Part shown: piece after piece, positions 1 to 11,305 of the stretch
Layout of the letters: the number at the start of each line of letters is the position of its first letter
Position numbering within the stretch: position 1 is the first letter of the stretch
Assembly: GCA_016874005.1 (NCBI GenBank)
Contig: VGVQ01000009.1
Coordinates: 74,158 to 138,157 of the forward strand
From: Gemmatimonadota bacterium
Lineage (GTDB): Bacteria; Gemmatimonadota; Gemmatimonadetes; Gemmatimonadales; GWC2-71-9
Direction of reading: 5' to 3'
Length of the DNA: 64,000 bases
Notes under the pieces: generated by a model
The model's input: only the letters and a program-made list of their open reading frames with translations
Databases searched by the model: none
Told to the model about the DNA's origin: nothing
Translations under genes and position numbers: made by a program

Positions 1-1311
1 CGCGATCTCGGGGTGGCGATCCCGGAAACCGCCATCGCGGAACTCAAGACCCATCTCGACGATTGCGACCTGGCTCAGGCGGCCCAGTTCGAGCGGCGGT
101 TCCGGCACGACGTCATGGCCCACGTCCACGCGCTGGGCGAGCAGGCGCCGGCCGCCCGCCCGTTCATCCACCTTGGAGCCACCAGCGCGTTCGTCACCGA
201 CAACGCCGATCTGATGGTCATGCGGGACGGCCTTCGGATCCTGCTCGGCAGATTGGTCGCGCTGCTCCGGGCTCTCGGGGCGTTCGCCAATCGGCAGGCC
301 GACTTCCCCTGCCTCGCCTATACCCACTTCCAGCCGGCCCAGCTCACCACCGTGGGGAAACGGGCAACGCTGTGGGCCCAGGACTTCGCCCTCGACGTCG
401 AAGAACTGCTGCACCGCTTGGAGACGCTCCGGGCCCGCGGCTGCAAGGGCACGACCGGAACCCAGGCCTCGTTTCTCGAGTTGTTCAAAGGCGACCACGC
501 CAAGGTCCGGCAGCTCGACGAAGCGGTTACCCGGCGACTCGGGTTCGACTCGTCGTTCCCGGTGACCGGGCAAACCTACAGCCGCAAGGCCGACAGCCAG
601 ATCCTCGATTGTCTGAGTGGCATCGCCCAGTCGGCCTCGAAGATGGCGTCCGACCTCCGGCTGCTCCAGCATGAGGGTGAATTGCTGGAGCCGTTCGAAT
701 CCGAGCAGATCGGTTCGAGCGCGATGGCCTATAAGCGCAACCCGATGCGAGCCGAGCGGATCAATGCCCTGGCCCGGTTCGTGATCTCCCTTGGCGCCAA
801 CACGGCGCACACCGCCGCCACCCAATGGCTCGAACGGACTCTCGACGACAGCGCTAACCGCCGGCTGACCCTGCCCGAGGCGTTCCTCGCCACCGACGCC
901 ATTCTGATCCTGGCAACGAATATCGTGGCCGGGCTCGAAGTCCGCGACGCGGTGATCGCGCGGCACGTGGCCGAGCAGATGCCTTTCATGGCGACGGAGC
1001 GATGGATGATGCTCGGAGTCGAGGCCGGCGGCGATCGCCAAGCACTCCACGAGGTGATTCGCCAGGCCAGTCAGGCCGTCGCGCGCCAGGTCAGCGGCGG
1101 GGGCCCGAACGACTTGCTCGACCGACTCAGCGCCGCGCCCGAGTTCGGCGCGGTCGATCCCAGCCGACTCCGGGCCGAGCTCGACCCCCTCCGCTACGTC
1201 GGACGGGCACCCGAGCAGACCCGCGAGTTCCTGACCGAGTTCCTGACCCCGTTGATCGAGCGGGCGGCCGCGCTCGCCAACGACGCACCCATCGCGGAGA
1301 TCCGGGTATGA
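1..1311 (+). CDS. purB: adenylosuccinate lyase (5' partial, runs off window)
   Basis: The frame-1 translation is open to the window edge. It carries the fumarate-lyase signature GSSAMAYKRNPMRAE and the motif HLGATSAFVTDNADL. The N-terminal residues lie outside the window. The stop TGA at 1309-1311 overlaps the next start (ATGA). Confidence 0.9.
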   Translation, partial: RDLGVAIPETAIAELKTHLDDCDLAQAAQFERRFRHDVMAHVHALGEQAPAARPFIHLGATSAFVTDNADLMVMRDGLRILLGRLVALLRALGAFANRQADFPCLAYTHFQPAQLTTVGKRATLWAQDFALDVEELLHRLETLRARGCKGTTGTQASFLELFKGDHAKVRQLDEAVTRRLGFDSSFPVTGQTYSRKADSQILDCLSGIAQSASKMASDLRLLQHEGELLEPFESEQIGSSAMAYKRNPMRAERINALARFVISLGANTAHTAATQWLERTLDDSANRRLTLPEAFLATDAILILATNIVAGLEVRDAVIARHVAEQMPFMATERWMMLGVEAGGDRQALHEVIRQASQAVARQVSGGGPNDLLDRLSAAPEFGAVDPSRLRAELDPLRYVGRAPEQTREFLTEFLTPLIERAAALANDAPIAEIRV

Positions 1312-2228
1312 CGGTGATGACCGCCAGTCGCCTGTCGCTTCCGCTGGTTCGGCGTGGCAAGGTGCGCGAGGTCTACCGAGTCGACGACGCCCGGCTGTTG
1401 TTGGTGGCGAGCGATCGGGTGAGCGCCTTCGACGTGGTGATGGCCGAGCCGATTCCCCGCAAGGGCGAAGTACTGACCCAACTGAGCGCCTTCTGGTTCG
1501 GCCTGCTCGGTCATCTCGGGCCGACCCATTTCCTCACGGCCGATATCGACGAGATCATCGCCGAGGTTCCCGCCCTCGCGACGGATCGGGCCCAGCTGGC
1601 CGGCCGGACGACGCTGGTTCGCCGAACCGAGCCGATCGCGTTCGAGTGCGTCATTCGCGGCTACCTCTCGGGGTCGGCGTGGAAGGAGTATCGGGAGACG
1701 GGCACCTTGGCCGGCGAGCCGCTCCCCGCGGGTCTTCGGGAGAGCGACCCGTTCCCGACCCCGGTGTTCTCCCCGGCCACCAAGGCGGAGTCCGGTCACG
1801 ACATCAACGTCACCGTGGCCCAGGTGGTCGCGGCGTTAGGACGGGATCGAACCGCCGACCTGGAGCGCCGAACCCGGGCGACCTACCAAGCGGGCCGCGA
1901 CCACGCGGCCGGCCGGGGGATCATCATCGCCGACACCAAGTTCGAATTCGGGATCGACTCCGCCGGGGCACTGCGGCTCATCGACGAGATCTTGACTCCT
2001 GACTCCTCTCGATTCTGGCCAGCCGATCGGTACGCTCCCGGCGGACCCCAGCCGAGCTTCGACAAACAGCCGCTCCGCGACTACCTCCAGGCACTCAAGG
2101 ATCGCGGAGCCTGGAACATGGAGGCTCCCGGACCCACCCTGCCTCCTGACGTCATCGCCGCGACGAGCGCCCGGTACCAGGAGGCATTCCGTCTCCTGGT
2201 CGGCCGGCCGTTGCCGGAGACCCAGTGA
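1308..2228 (+). CDS. purC: SAICAR synthetase
   Basis: An in-frame ATG at 1308 lies inside the longer 1002-2228 ORF. The product MTVMTASRLSLPLVRRGKVREVY...LVASDRVSAFD...IIIADTKFEFG matches the SAICAR synthetase family. The Arg/Pro-rich upstream extension overlaps purB and is rejected. Confidence 0.9.
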   Translation: MTVMTASRLSLPLVRRGKVREVYRVDDARLLLVASDRVSAFDVVMAEPIPRKGEVLTQLSAFWFGLLGHLGPTHFLTADIDEIIAEVPALATDRAQLAGRTTLVRRTEPIAFECVIRGYLSGSAWKEYRETGTLAGEPLPAGLRESDPFPTPVFSPATKAESGHDINVTVAQVVAALGRDRTADLERRTRATYQAGRDHAAGRGIIIADTKFEFGIDSAGALRLIDEILTPDSSRFWPADRYAPGGPQPSFDKQPLRDYLQALKDRGAWNMEAPGPTLPPDVIAATSARYQEAFRLLVGRPLPETQ

Positions 2229-2854
2229 GAGTCGCCAAGGAGGGCTGGCCGTTCATCGGGGCCGCCGCCGCGCTCCTCGCCGCCTTCGGCGCCCTCGGCT
2301 GGGGGTGGGCCGTCGCGCTGTGGCTGCCCATCGTCGTCTGGGTCGTCGCCTTTTTTCGCGATCCGCCCCGCGACGCGGTTCGCGGCCCGGAGTTGATCTT
2401 GGCCCCCGCCGACGGTCGGGTGGTGAGCGTGATCCCGATCGACGAGCCCGCCTTCCTCGGTGGCCCCGCGACCCGAGTCGCGATCTTCATGAACGTCTTC
2501 AACGTCCACGTCAACCGATACCCGGCCGACGGGACGGTCGCGTTCCGGAAGTACACCCCAGGGGCGTTCCTCAACGCGGCGGTCGAAAAGGCGAGTACCG
2601 CCAATGAACAGTCGTCGATCGGGCTGGCGACCGGCCATGGCAAGTTGCTCCTCAACCAGATTGCCGGTCTGGTGGCCCGTCGGATCATCACCGATCACGA
2701 CACTGGGCATCGGGCTGGCCAGGGCGAGCGCCTCGGATTGATTCGGTTCGGCTCGAGAGTCGATCTGTTCCTCCCATCGAATACCAAGGTTCTCGTCAAG
2801 CCGGGCGACCTCACCAAGGCCGGCGAAACGGTGGTGGCGACGTGGACGAGCTAG
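2225..2854 (+). CDS. psd: phosphatidylserine decarboxylase-related proenzyme (short form)
   Basis: The 209-aa product has a hydrophobic N-terminus. It contains VNRYPADG and the C-terminal LGLIRFGSRVDLFLP (Gly-Ser processing-site context), typical of short PSD proenzymes. The GTG start at 2225 overlaps the purC stop (GTGA). Confidence 0.75.
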   Translation: MRVAKEGWPFIGAAAALLAAFGALGWGWAVALWLPIVVWVVAFFRDPPRDAVRGPELILAPADGRVVSVIPIDEPAFLGGPATRVAIFMNVFNVHVNRYPADGTVAFRKYTPGAFLNAAVEKASTANEQSSIGLATGHGKLLLNQIAGLVARRIITDHDTGHRAGQGERLGLIRFGSRVDLFLPSNTKVLVKPGDLTKAGETVVATWTS

Positions 2855-3675
2855 CCGAAGCCCCGCCGCCACACCGTCCGGGGATCCGGAAGGTGGTCGT
2901 GGTGGTGCCGAGTTTCTTCACCTTGGCCAACCTCTTCTTCGGGTTCTGGTCGATCGTCTCGGCGTTCAATCACAACTACCGCTGGGCCGGGTTCTTCATC
3001 GTTTTCTCCGGCGTGCTCGACATGTTCGATGGCCGGATCGCTCGGTTGTCGAAGACCGGGAGCAAGTTCGGAGCGGAGCTCGACTCGTTGGTCGATATCG
3101 TATCATTCGGCGTCGCTCCGGCCTTGCTGATGTATTTCCTCGATTTTTCCTCCGCCGGCCGATTCGGTTGGGTGGTTTGCTATCTCTATGTGGTCGCCAC
3201 GGCGCTCCGCCTCGCCCGGTACAACGTGCTGGCGACGAAGGGGCACAGCGCCTACTTCACCGGCTTGCCGTCGCCAGCGGCCGGGATGACCCTGGCCACC
3301 TACTACGCCTTCAGCCAAACGCCGTGGTACCGGGCCTCGGTCGCCTATCTCGATCTGCAGCACGAAGGGCTCACCGTCTTGATGTTGCTGCTGGCGGCCC
3401 TGATGGTCAGCAACGTGAAGTACCCCCGGTGGCCGCGAATCGGCTTCGATTCGATCGCGGGTGTCCTGGGGTTGGCGCTCCACCTCGGGGTGCTTGCCGG
3501 CGCGCTGCTCAAGCCGGCGGTGTTCTTGTTCCCCTTGGGGCTGGCCTACATGCTCTACGGCATCGTGCGAAGCACCGTGCTGAGTCTGATGGACCGAGGT
3601 CAACCGGGACTGGCGGACAGCGCCGATCCCGCCGTTCGTTCAGTGGACGACCACCGTCGTCGGGAGAATCAATGA
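2842..3675 (+). CDS. pssA: CDP-diacylglycerol--serine O-phosphatidyltransferase (CDP-alcohol phosphatidyltransferase family)
   Basis: It carries the motif DMFDGRIARLSKTGSKFGAELDSLVD (DGx2ARx8Gx3Dx3D) and multiple TM helices. It overlaps the psd end by 13 nt and sits next to psd. Confidence 0.8.
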   Translation: MDELAEAPPPHRPGIRKVVVVVPSFFTLANLFFGFWSIVSAFNHNYRWAGFFIVFSGVLDMFDGRIARLSKTGSKFGAELDSLVDIVSFGVAPALLMYFLDFSSAGRFGWVVCYLYVVATALRLARYNVLATKGHSAYFTGLPSPAAGMTLATYYAFSQTPWYRASVAYLDLQHEGLTVLMLLLAALMVSNVKYPRWPRIGFDSIAGVLGLALHLGVLAGALLKPAVFLFPLGLAYMLYGIVRSTVLSLMDRGQPGLADSADPAVRSVDDHRRRENQ

Positions 3676-3923
3676 GTTTTCGAGTGCATATCCGGGTGAT
3701 GCCGCGCCGCGGACTTCTCGATCCGCAAGGACAGGCCGTCGAACGGGCCTTGGGCGCCCTCCAGTTCGCCGGGGCCTCCAACGTGCACGTCGGCAAGGCG
3801 ATCGAACTCGATGTCGCCGCCCAAGACGAGGCCAGCGCTCGAGCCGCCGCGCGGGCCATGTGCGACAAGCTCCTGGCCAATCCGGTCACCGAAGATTTCG
3901 AGATCGCGGTGGAGCCCAAGTGA
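3672..3923 (+). CDS. purS: FGAM synthase subunit PurS
   Basis: The 83-aa product is MSFRVHIRVMPRRGLLDPQGQAVERAL...ANPVTEDFEIAV, the typical PurS length and sequence. The ATG at 3672 overlaps the pssA stop (ATGA). Confidence 0.85.
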   Translation: MSFRVHIRVMPRRGLLDPQGQAVERALGALQFAGASNVHVGKAIELDVAAQDEASARAAARAMCDKLLANPVTEDFEIAVEPK

Positions 3924-3925
3924 CG

Positions 3926-4630
3926 ATGCGAGTGGCGATCCTGCGGTTTCCCGGAAGCAATTGCGAACCGGACGCCTATCGGGCGGTGGCTCGCGAGGGC
4001 GGTACTCCGTATTACCTCTTCCACCGCGACACCGACCTCCAAGACGCGGACGCGGTCATCCTGCCGGGTGGCTTCAGCTACGGCGACTACCTCCGAGCCG
4101 GGGCGATCGCCCGTTTCAGCCCGATCATGCCGGCGGTCGAGCGGCACGCGGCGGACGGCAAACCGGTCCTCGGCATCTGCAACGGTTTTCAGATCCTCTG
4201 CGAGTCCGGCCTCCTGCCGGGCGCGTTGGAGCGAAACGCCGGGCTCAAGTACCTCTCGCGGCCGGTGGACGTGCGGATCGAACGGGTCGACACCCCGTTC
4301 ACCGCCCACTACCGCAAGGGGGATGTGATCCGGATCCCGATCGGACACGGCGACGGCCGCTTCACCGCAGCCCCCGAAACCCTGGCCGAGCTCGAGCAGC
4401 AGGGACAAGTCGTCCTCCGGTACGTCGAGCGGCCCAAGGTGGACGCACCGGGCAATCCGAACGGTGCCCTCAACGACATCGCCGGGATCGCCAATCGGGA
4501 CGGCAACGTCGTCGGGATGATGCCGCATCCCGAGCGACTGGCCGATCCACTCCTGGGCAGTGAGGTCGGCAGAAGATTCTTTTCCTCGCTGGTGCAGTGG
4601 AAGCGGCCAGCGCTCGTCTCTCACGCATAG
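3926..4630 (+). CDS. purQ: FGAM synthase glutamine amidotransferase subunit PurQ
   Basis: The product starts [18 protein letters not shown]. It contains the nucleophile elbow [10 protein letters not shown] and the C-terminal MMPHPER, a class I GATase of PurQ type. A GTG at 3920 (GTGA overlap with purS) is an alternative start. Confidence 0.9.
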   Translation: MRVAILRFPGSNCEPDAYRAVAREGGTPYYLFHRDTDLQDADAVILPGGFSYGDYLRAGAIARFSPIMPAVERHAADGKPVLGICNGFQILCESGLLPGALERNAGLKYLSRPVDVRIERVDTPFTAHYRKGDVIRIPIGHGDGRFTAAPETLAELEQQGQVVLRYVERPKVDAPGNPNGALNDIAGIANRDGNVVGMMPHPERLADPLLGSEVGRRFFSSLVQWKRPALVSHA

Positions 4631-4641
4631 TAGGAAGCGCC

Positions 4642-4956
4642 ATGTCCACCGAGAAGCGAAGTCAGAACGAAGACGAATACTTCGCCCGGCGCGACGCCGA
4701 GCTGGTCAAGGAACAGCGAGCCGCGCAGGAGAAGGCGGCCCGCGCGGCGGAACGCAAGAGCCACTACCTCAAATGCCCGAAGTGCGGTGCCGATCTCGAC
4801 ACCATCGACCGTCACGGTGTCCAGATCGATCAATGCCCGGAATGCCAGCGCCTCTGGCTCGATGCCGGGGAATTCGACACCCTGAACAAGAAGGCGGACC
4901 CCGGCTTCGTGGGCCGCGTCTTCGGCGACCTGTTCGCCAAGCGGAAGACGAAGTGA
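4642..4956 (+). CDS. small zinc-ribbon protein (TFIIB-type Zn-finger-like)
   Basis: The 104-aa product has a charged coiled N-terminal half followed by CPKCGx17CPECx5LDAGEFD, a four-Cys ribbon. The ATG is preceded by AGGAAG. Its stop overlaps the purL GTG (GTGA). Confidence 0.6.
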   Translation: MSTEKRSQNEDEYFARRDAELVKEQRAAQEKAARAAERKSHYLKCPKCGADLDTIDRHGVQIDQCPECQRLWLDAGEFDTLNKKADPGFVGRVFGDLFAKRKTK

Positions 4957-7229
4957 CGATCGCCACGCCCGCCGCCGCTGCGCAGCCGTACCCCGGCGAT
5001 CCGGCCCTGACGCCGGAGCTGGTTCGCGAGCACAAGTTGAACGACCGCGAGTACGCCGAGATCGTCGGGATGCTCAAACGGCCGCCCACCGTGACTGAAC
5101 TCGGCGTGTTCAGCGCGCTGTGGTCCGAGCACTGCAGCTATAAGCACACCAAGCCGGTCCTCAAGACCTTTCCGACGAGTGGTCCCCAAGTCGTGCAGGG
5201 TCCCGGTGAGAATGCCGGCGTGCTCCGGCTGCCCGACGGGTGGGCGGTGGCATTCAAGATCGAGTCGCACAATCACCCCTCGGCGGTCGAGCCCTACCAG
5301 GGGGCCGCGACCGGCGTCGGGGGCATTCTGCGCGACGTCTTCACGATGGGCGCTCGCCCCGTTGCCGTCCTCAACAGCCTCCGATTCGGTCCACTCGACG
5401 ACCCCCGCAACCGGTACCTGTTTGCCGGCGCGGTGAAAGGTGTGGGCGACTACGGCAACTGCGTCGGGGTCCCCACGCTGGGCGGTGAGGTCACCTTCGC
5501 GCCGGGCTACAGCGGTAACCCGCTCGTGAACGCGATGTGCGTCGGGATCTTGCGGGAAACCGACCTGATCCGCGCCAAGGCGCACGGCGTCGGGAACATC
5601 CTGATGGCCGTCGGGGCCCGGACCGGACGGGACGGGATCCACGGCGCGAGCTTCGCGTCCGAGGACCTCTCGGAGGCGAGCGAGGCGCGGCGCCCCCAAG
5701 TCCAGGTCGGCGATCCCTTCACCGAGAAGCTGCTCCTCGAGGCGAGCCTCGAGTTGATCACCTCGGGGACGATCGTCGCCATTCAGGACATGGGAGCCGC
5801 CGGCCTGACCAGTTCCTCCGCCGAGATGGCGGCTCGGGGCGGCGTCGGAGTCGAGCTCGACACCAGCAAAGTTCCGCTCAGAGAAGCGGGTATGACGCCG
5901 TACGAGATCCTGCTGTCGGAATCGCAGGAGCGGATGCTGGTCGTGGTCGAACCGCATCGGATCCCGGAAGTGCAGGCCATTTGCGCCAAATGGGAACTGG
6001 GCGCGACCCCGATCGGACGGGTCACCGACGACGGCCTGTTCCGGGTGGTGCACAACGGGATCACGGTCGCGGCGATTCCCGGCCAGTCGCTGGTCGAGGA
6101 TGTCCCGCTGTACTATCCCGAAAAAGCGGAGAGCCCGGCCGCGGTGGCTCGACGATCCGCTACCCCATCGGCCGCACCGGCGACCGACACCGCCGGGGCC
6201 CTCCTTCGCTTGCTCGACGACCCGACGATCGCCAGCAAGCGATGGGTATTCGAGCAGTACGACTCGACGGTGCAAGCGAACACCGTGCTGGGCCCCGGCG
6301 GCGACGCCGGCGTGTTGCTGGTCGAGGGGACCAACTTTGGCCTGGCCGTCACGGTCGACTGTCCCAACCGATACGTCGCGTTGGACCCGTACCAGGGTGG
6401 GATGATGACGGTGGCGGAAGCCGCCCGGAACGTCGCCTGCACCGGGGCGGTACCGTTAGGCATCACCAACTGCCTCAACTTCGGCAACCCGGACCGTCCG
6501 GAGGTGTTCTTCCAGTTCGCCGAAGCCGTTCGCGGCATGAGCGACGCCTGCCGCGCCTTCGGCACCCCGGTAACCGGTGGCAACGTTTCGCTCTACAACG
6601 AAAGTCCCATCGGCGCCGTCGACCCGACCCCGACGGTCGGCATGGTCGGTCTCTTGGCCGACGTCACCACCCGCATCCCGAGCGCGTTCCAGCGCCCCGG
6701 CGACTTGGTCGCGATCCTCGGCACCACGACCGGCCATCTCGGAGGATCGATGTACTGGTGGCTGATCCGGGATTTCCTTGGCGGCCCGCCCCCGCCGTGC
6801 GATCTCGCCGCCGAGCGCCAGCTCCAGCGGTTCCTGGCGGCGGCCGCCGCCGAGCGGCTCCTCCACTCAGCCCACGATTGCGCCGATGGCGGCCTCGCGG
6901 TCGCCGCGGCCGAGGCGTGCATCGGCGAACCCTATACCTCCCAGCCACTCGGCGCTGGGATCCACCTGGAGCAACCCGCCGGGATCAGCCCCGAAGGGCT
7001 CCTCTACGGCGAGGACGGCGCTCGGGCGGTGGTCTCCTTCGCCCCCGACGACGTCGATCGGGTCCGCGCCCTGGCCAGGGAGCTGGGCGTCCCGCTGGCG
7101 GTGGCTGGATCGGTGACGGGCCCGGGCACCGCCCTGCGGATCACGGTGGGGAGCCAGACACTGGCCTGGGAGACGACCGAGCTTCGGCGGACCTACCTCG
7201 AGGCGATACCGCGCCGGATGTCCGCCTAA
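4953..7229 (+). CDS. purL: FGAM synthase II large subunit PurL
   Basis: A GTG at 4953 is in frame within the 4560-7229 ORF. The motifs [14 protein letters not shown] and [21 protein letters not shown], and the duplicated AIR-synthase-like domains, fit PurL. Confidence 0.9.
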   Translation: MTIATPAAAAQPYPGDPALTPELVREHKLNDREYAEIVGMLKRPPTVTELGVFSALWSEHCSYKHTKPVLKTFPTSGPQVVQGPGENAGVLRLPDGWAVAFKIESHNHPSAVEPYQGAATGVGGILRDVFTMGARPVAVLNSLRFGPLDDPRNRYLFAGAVKGVGDYGNCVGVPTLGGEVTFAPGYSGNPLVNAMCVGILRETDLIRAKAHGVGNILMAVGARTGRDGIHGASFASEDLSEASEARRPQVQVGDPFTEKLLLEASLELITSGTIVAIQDMGAAGLTSSSAEMAARGGVGVELDTSKVPLREAGMTPYEILLSESQERMLVVVEPHRIPEVQAICAKWELGATPIGRVTDDGLFRVVHNGITVAAIPGQSLVEDVPLYYPEKAESPAAVARRSATPSAAPATDTAGALLRLLDDPTIASKRWVFEQYDSTVQANTVLGPGGDAGVLLVEGTNFGLAVTVDCPNRYVALDPYQGGMMTVAEAARNVACTGAVPLGITNCLNFGNPDRPEVFFQFAEAVRGMSDACRAFGTPVTGGNVSLYNESPIGAVDPTPTVGMVGLLADVTTRIPSAFQRPGDLVAILGTTTGHLGGSMYWWLIRDFLGGPPPPCDLAAERQLQRFLAAAAAERLLHSAHDCADGGLAVAAAEACIGEPYTSQPLGAGIHLEQPAGISPEGLLYGEDGARAVVSFAPDDVDRVRALARELGVPLAVAGSVTGPGTALRITVGSQTLAWETTELRRTYLEAIPRRMSA

Positions 7230-7238
7230 CCCGAGGAT

Positions 7239-8642
7239 GTGACCATGTGCGGGATCATCGGGGTATCGAATCTGCCGGACGCGGCCCGAGCCACCTACCT
7301 CGGCCTCTACGCGCTGCAGCATCGCGGGCAGGAGAGCGCTGGCATCGTCACCATCGACGACGGCGGCGTTCCCCGAACCGCGCGGGGAATGGGGTTGGTG
7401 GGCGACGTGGTCAAGGAGTCCGACCTGACCCACCTGACCGGCACCGTCGCCGTGGGTCACACCCGGTATTCCACCGCGGGCTCGTCGGTCCTCGCCAATG
7501 CCCAGCCCTGCCTGGCCAACTATCGCGCTGGCCCCCTGGCGCTGGCGCACAACGGCAATCTCACCAACGCGCCGATCATCAAGCGTGAGTTGGTTGGCCA
7601 AGGCGCCATCTTCCAATCGTCCTCGGATTCGGAAGTCATCGTCCATCTAATCGCCCGCTCCCGAGCCAGCACCGCGGAGGGCCAGATCCGCGATGCCCTG
7701 TCCCGGGTGGAGGGGGCCTACAGCTTGGTCATCACCGTGGGCCGAACGCTCTACTGCGTGGTCGATCCGCGCGGGTTCCGGCCACTCGTCCTCGGCCGAC
7801 TCGGGCAGGGCGTGATCGCGGCCTCGGAGACCTGTGCCCTCGACCTGATCGGCGCGACGGTGCTCCGGGAGCTCGGCCCCGGCGAATTCGTCGAAATCAC
7901 CGACGGGATGATCCGCGATCTGGCTCCCCTCGCCAAGGCGCCGACGGCGCAGCGGTGCGTCTTCGAGCTGGTCTACTTTGCCCGGCCCGACAGCCGGGTG
8001 TTCGGCGAGTCGGTCGACCGGGTCCGCCGCGAACTGGGCCGCCAGCTCGCCCAGGAACATCCCGCGCCCGGAGCCGAGGTGGTCTTCAGCGTCCCCGATA
8101 GCGCCAACATGATGGCGCTGGGCTACGCCGACGCCTCCGGGCTCAAGCTGGAGCACGGGTTGATTCGGAACCACTACATCGGCCGCACCTTCATCAACCC
8201 GACCCAAGCGCTTCGGGTCGCGAAGGTCAGGATCAAGTTTAATCCAGTGCACGAGGTGATCTCGGGGCGCTCCGTCGTGGTCGTCGACGACAGCCTGGTC
8301 CGTGGCACGACCAGCAAGGGCCTGGTCCAGATGATCCGGGCAGCGGGGGCCCGGGAGGTGCACCTGCGACTCGCCTCGCCGCCGATCACCGGCCCGTGCC
8401 ACTACGGGATCGACACCCCCAACCGGTCCGAGCTGATCGCCGCGAACCATACCAATGAGGAGATTCGCCAGTACCTGGGGGTCGACTCGCTGGGCTACCT
8501 CTCGCTGGCCGGAATGCTCCAGGCGGCCGGGGTCCGGAACAGCTTTTGCCACGCCTGCTTTTCGGGGCATTATCCGATCGTTCCGGATGGCGAATTGATC
8601 GATCGACGGCACGACGCACCGCTCGCCGGGAGCATCGCATGA
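7239..8642 (+). CDS. purF: amidophosphoribosyltransferase
   Basis: The N-terminus M(T)MCGIIGV carries the Ntn catalytic Cys. The PRTase motif VVVVDDSLVRGTT and a C-terminal Cys cluster (CHACFSGHYP) are present. Confidence 0.9.
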   Translation: MTMCGIIGVSNLPDAARATYLGLYALQHRGQESAGIVTIDDGGVPRTARGMGLVGDVVKESDLTHLTGTVAVGHTRYSTAGSSVLANAQPCLANYRAGPLALAHNGNLTNAPIIKRELVGQGAIFQSSSDSEVIVHLIARSRASTAEGQIRDALSRVEGAYSLVITVGRTLYCVVDPRGFRPLVLGRLGQGVIAASETCALDLIGATVLRELGPGEFVEITDGMIRDLAPLAKAPTAQRCVFELVYFARPDSRVFGESVDRVRRELGRQLAQEHPAPGAEVVFSVPDSANMMALGYADASGLKLEHGLIRNHYIGRTFINPTQALRVAKVRIKFNPVHEVISGRSVVVVDDSLVRGTTSKGLVQMIRAAGAREVHLRLASPPITGPCHYGIDTPNRSELIAANHTNEEIRQYLGVDSLGYLSLAGMLQAAGVRNSFCHACFSGHYPIVPDGELIDRRHDAPLAGSIA

Positions 8643-11305
8643 CCGACTCGTTGAGCCAATCGCTGGTCTACTTCTTCGGTCAGGGCCGGGCGGACGGCAC
8701 GGCCGCGATGAAGGAGACCCTGGGCGGCAAGGGAGCCGGCCTCGCGGAGATGACCAACCTCGGGATCCCCGTCCCGCCGGGGTTCACCATCTCGGCGACG
8801 GTCTGCGGGACCTATCTCGAGGTCCAGCAGTTCCCGCCGCGCCTGCGGCCCCAGGTCGAAACCGCGCTGCAGCGCCTCGAGGCGGCCACCGGGAAACAGT
8901 TCGGCGGCGCCGAGAACCCCCTGCTGGTATCGGTGCGGTCGGGTGCGGCCCTGTCGATGCCCGGGATGATGGAGACCATCCTCAACCTCGGTCTCAACGA
9001 ACAGACCGTCGCGGGACTCGAGCGCTTGAGCGAGAACCCCCGCTTCGCGTGGGACTCCTATCGCCGATTCGTCCAGATGTACGGCGCGGTGGTCTTCGAC
9101 CTCCCCAAGAAGCTCTTCGACGACCAGCTCGAATCGCGGAAGCACCGGCTGAAGGTCGCCCGCGACATCGACCTCCCGCTCGACGAACTCAAGGCGACAG
9201 TCGCGGACTTCAAGTCGATCATCCAGCGAGAGACCGGGAAGCCGTTTCCGGAGAACCCGCTCGACCAGCTCTGGGGCGCCATTGCGGCCGTCTTCGAGAG
9301 CTGGAACACCCGGCGCGCGATCGACTACCGCAAGCTCCACGACATTCCAGACAGCCTCGGCACCGCGGTCAACATCGTCGCGATGGTGTTCGGCAACATG
9401 GGGGAGGACTCCGGAACCGGGGTTGCTTTCACCCGCGACCCGTCCACCGGTGAGCACCGGCTCTACGGCGAGTACCTCCTCAATGCCCAGGGAGAGGACG
9501 TGGTATCGGGCGCCAGAACCCCGGAACCCATCGACCATCTCAAGACCTCCCATCCCCACGCCTACACCGAGCTGGAACGGGTGGCCCGAACGCTCGAGCG
9601 TCATTTCCGCGACGTGCAGGACCTCGAGTTCACCATCGAGCGGGGCCGGCTCTACATGCTGCAGACTCGACGGGGGCAGCGATCGGGACACGCCGCCGTC
9701 CGGATCGCGGTCGAAATGGTGGAGGAAGGGCTGATTTCGGAAGAAGAGGCGGTCGCCCGGATTCCCCCGAACGACCTCAACCAACTGCTCCATCCGACGA
9801 TCGATCCGACCGCCCACTTGGACCTGTTGACCACCGGACTGCCCGCCTCGCCGGGCGCCGCCAGCGGCACGGTGGTCTTCGAGGCGGATCACGCCGAGGA
9901 GTTGGGCCGCAAAGGCGTGGCCGTGATCCTGGTCCGGCGGGAGACGAGTCCCGAGGACTTCCACGGCATGGTGGCGGCGAAGGCGATTCTCACGGCGCGG
10001 GGCGGGATGACATCGCACGCGGCCGTGGTGGCGCGCGGGATGGGCAAGCCGTGCGTCGCCGGGGCCCAGGAGATCGATGTCGACGAGGGACAGCGCCGGT
10101 TCAACGTCGACGGGCGCGGCATCAGCGAAGGCGAGTGGATCACGGTGGACGGTTCGACCGGCAAGGTGTTCGCTGGCCAAGCCAGGCTGGTATCGCCCAC
10201 GCTCGGCGCCCACTTCAATCGCCTGATGAGCTGGGCGGACGAGATGCGGCACCTGAGAGTGCGCGTCAACGCCGATACCCCGGCCGACACCCACCGCGGG
10301 CGCGACTTCGGTGCCGAAGGCATCGGACTGTGTCGGACCGAGCACATGTTCTTCGAGGGCGATCGGCTCATCTCGATGCGGGAGATGATCCTGGCCGAGG
10401 ACGGCGAAGGACGCCAGCGGGCCCTCGCGAAGCTGCTCCCGATGCAGCGGGGTGATTTCGAAGGGATCTTCCGGGCCATGGAGGGCTTCCCGGTGACCAT
10501 TCGGCTTCTCGACCCGCCGCTCCACGAGTTCCTCCCCAAGGATCCCGCCGAGATCGAGGCGCTGGCCCAACAGACCGGACGGTCGGTCAAAGAGATCAAC
10601 CGGAAGATCGCGACCCTGAGCGAGATCAACCCGATGCTGGGCCTCCGCGGCTGCCGGCTCGGGATCATGTATCCCGAGATCACCGCGATGCAGGCCCGGG
10701 CCATCTTCGAGGCGGCCTGCACCGTGGCCGAACGAAAGGGTCGGGTGCAGCCGGAGGTGATGATCCCACTGGTGGCTCACGTCATCGAGTTCCGGAAGCA
10801 GGCCCTGATCGTCCGGCAAGTCGCGGAGGAGGTGTTCCGGAGCCGGCAGATCACGGTCCCCTATCTGTTAGGCACCATGATCGAGCTCCCCCGTGCGGCC
10901 CTCACCGCCGACGAAATCGCCCGGGAAGCGCAGTTCTTCTCGTTTGGCACCAACGACCTGACCCAGACGACCTGGGGACTCTCCCGCGACGACGCCGGGT
11001 TGTTCCTCCCGTCTTACATCGAAGACAACATCATCGAGTTCGACCCCTTCCAAGAACTCGACACCAGCGGGGTCGGCAAGCTCATCGCCATGGCCGTCGA
11101 CCTCGGCCGGCGGACTCGCCAGGACCTCAAGGTCGGCATTTGTGGAGAACATGGCGGGGAACCGCGGGCGGTGCACTTCTGTGAGGCGCAGAAAATGAAC
11201 TACGTCTCCTGCTCTCCCTATCGGGTCCCGATCGCAAGACTGGCGGCGGCCCAAGCGGCCCTCGCCGAACGGGGTACGATGGACCGAACTCGGGCTACCG
11301 TTTGA
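8639..11305 (+). CDS. ppdK: pyruvate, phosphate dikinase
   Basis: The ATG at 8639 overlaps the purF stop (ATGA). The product is about 888 aa. It has the phosphohistidine motif [15 protein letters not shown] and the PEP-utilizer C-terminal motif [12 protein letters not shown]. Confidence 0.9.
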   Translation: MTDSLSQSLVYFFGQGRADGTAAMKETLGGKGAGLAEMTNLGIPVPPGFTISATVCGTYLEVQQFPPRLRPQVETALQRLEAATGKQFGGAENPLLVSVRSGAALSMPGMMETILNLGLNEQTVAGLERLSENPRFAWDSYRRFVQMYGAVVFDLPKKLFDDQLESRKHRLKVARDIDLPLDELKATVADFKSIIQRETGKPFPENPLDQLWGAIAAVFESWNTRRAIDYRKLHDIPDSLGTAVNIVAMVFGNMGEDSGTGVAFTRDPSTGEHRLYGEYLLNAQGEDVVSGARTPEPIDHLKTSHPHAYTELERVARTLERHFRDVQDLEFTIERGRLYMLQTRRGQRSGHAAVRIAVEMVEEGLISEEEAVARIPPNDLNQLLHPTIDPTAHLDLLTTGLPASPGAASGTVVFEADHAEELGRKGVAVILVRRETSPEDFHGMVAAKAILTARGGMTSHAAVVARGMGKPCVAGAQEIDVDEGQRRFNVDGRGISEGEWITVDGSTGKVFAGQARLVSPTLGAHFNRLMSWADEMRHLRVRVNADTPADTHRGRDFGAEGIGLCRTEHMFFEGDRLISMREMILAEDGEGRQRALAKLLPMQRGDFEGIFRAMEGFPVTIRLLDPPLHEFLPKDPAEIEALAQQTGRSVKEINRKIATLSEINPMLGLRGCRLGIMYPEITAMQARAIFEAACTVAERKGRVQPEVMIPLVAHVIEFRKQALIVRQVAEEVFRSRQITVPYLLGTMIELPRAALTADEIAREAQFFSFGTNDLTQTTWGLSRDDAGLFLPSYIEDNIIEFDPFQELDTSGVGKLIAMAVDLGRRTRQDLKVGICGEHGGEPRAVHFCEAQKMNYVSCSPYRVPIARLAAAQAALAERGTMDRTRATV

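Noticed and set aside
8570-10819. A 749-aa ORF on the minus strand, antisense to ppdK.
   Set aside because: It lies entirely opposite a gene with unmistakable PPDK motifs. The product is Arg/Gly/Pro/His-rich with no recognisable motif. Long antisense ORFs are expected in GC-rich DNA because stop codons are rare.

The same reasoning applies to these ORFs:
- 4830-6275(-)
- 5537-7588(+)
- 6867-7646(-)
- 7647-8612(-)
- 11682-12965(-)
- 16575-18113(+)
- 21184-22410(+)
- 23288-24757(+)
- 24604-26703(+)
- 27477-28631(+)
- 28971-31226(+)
- 32238-33848(+)
- 37335-38906(+)
- 39725-40945(+)
- 44336-45928(+)
- 48721-50544(+)
- 51350-52549(+)
- 53251-54432(-)
- 55073-56011(-)
- 59743-60669(-)
- 61158-62288(-)
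- 61481-62947(+) upstream part
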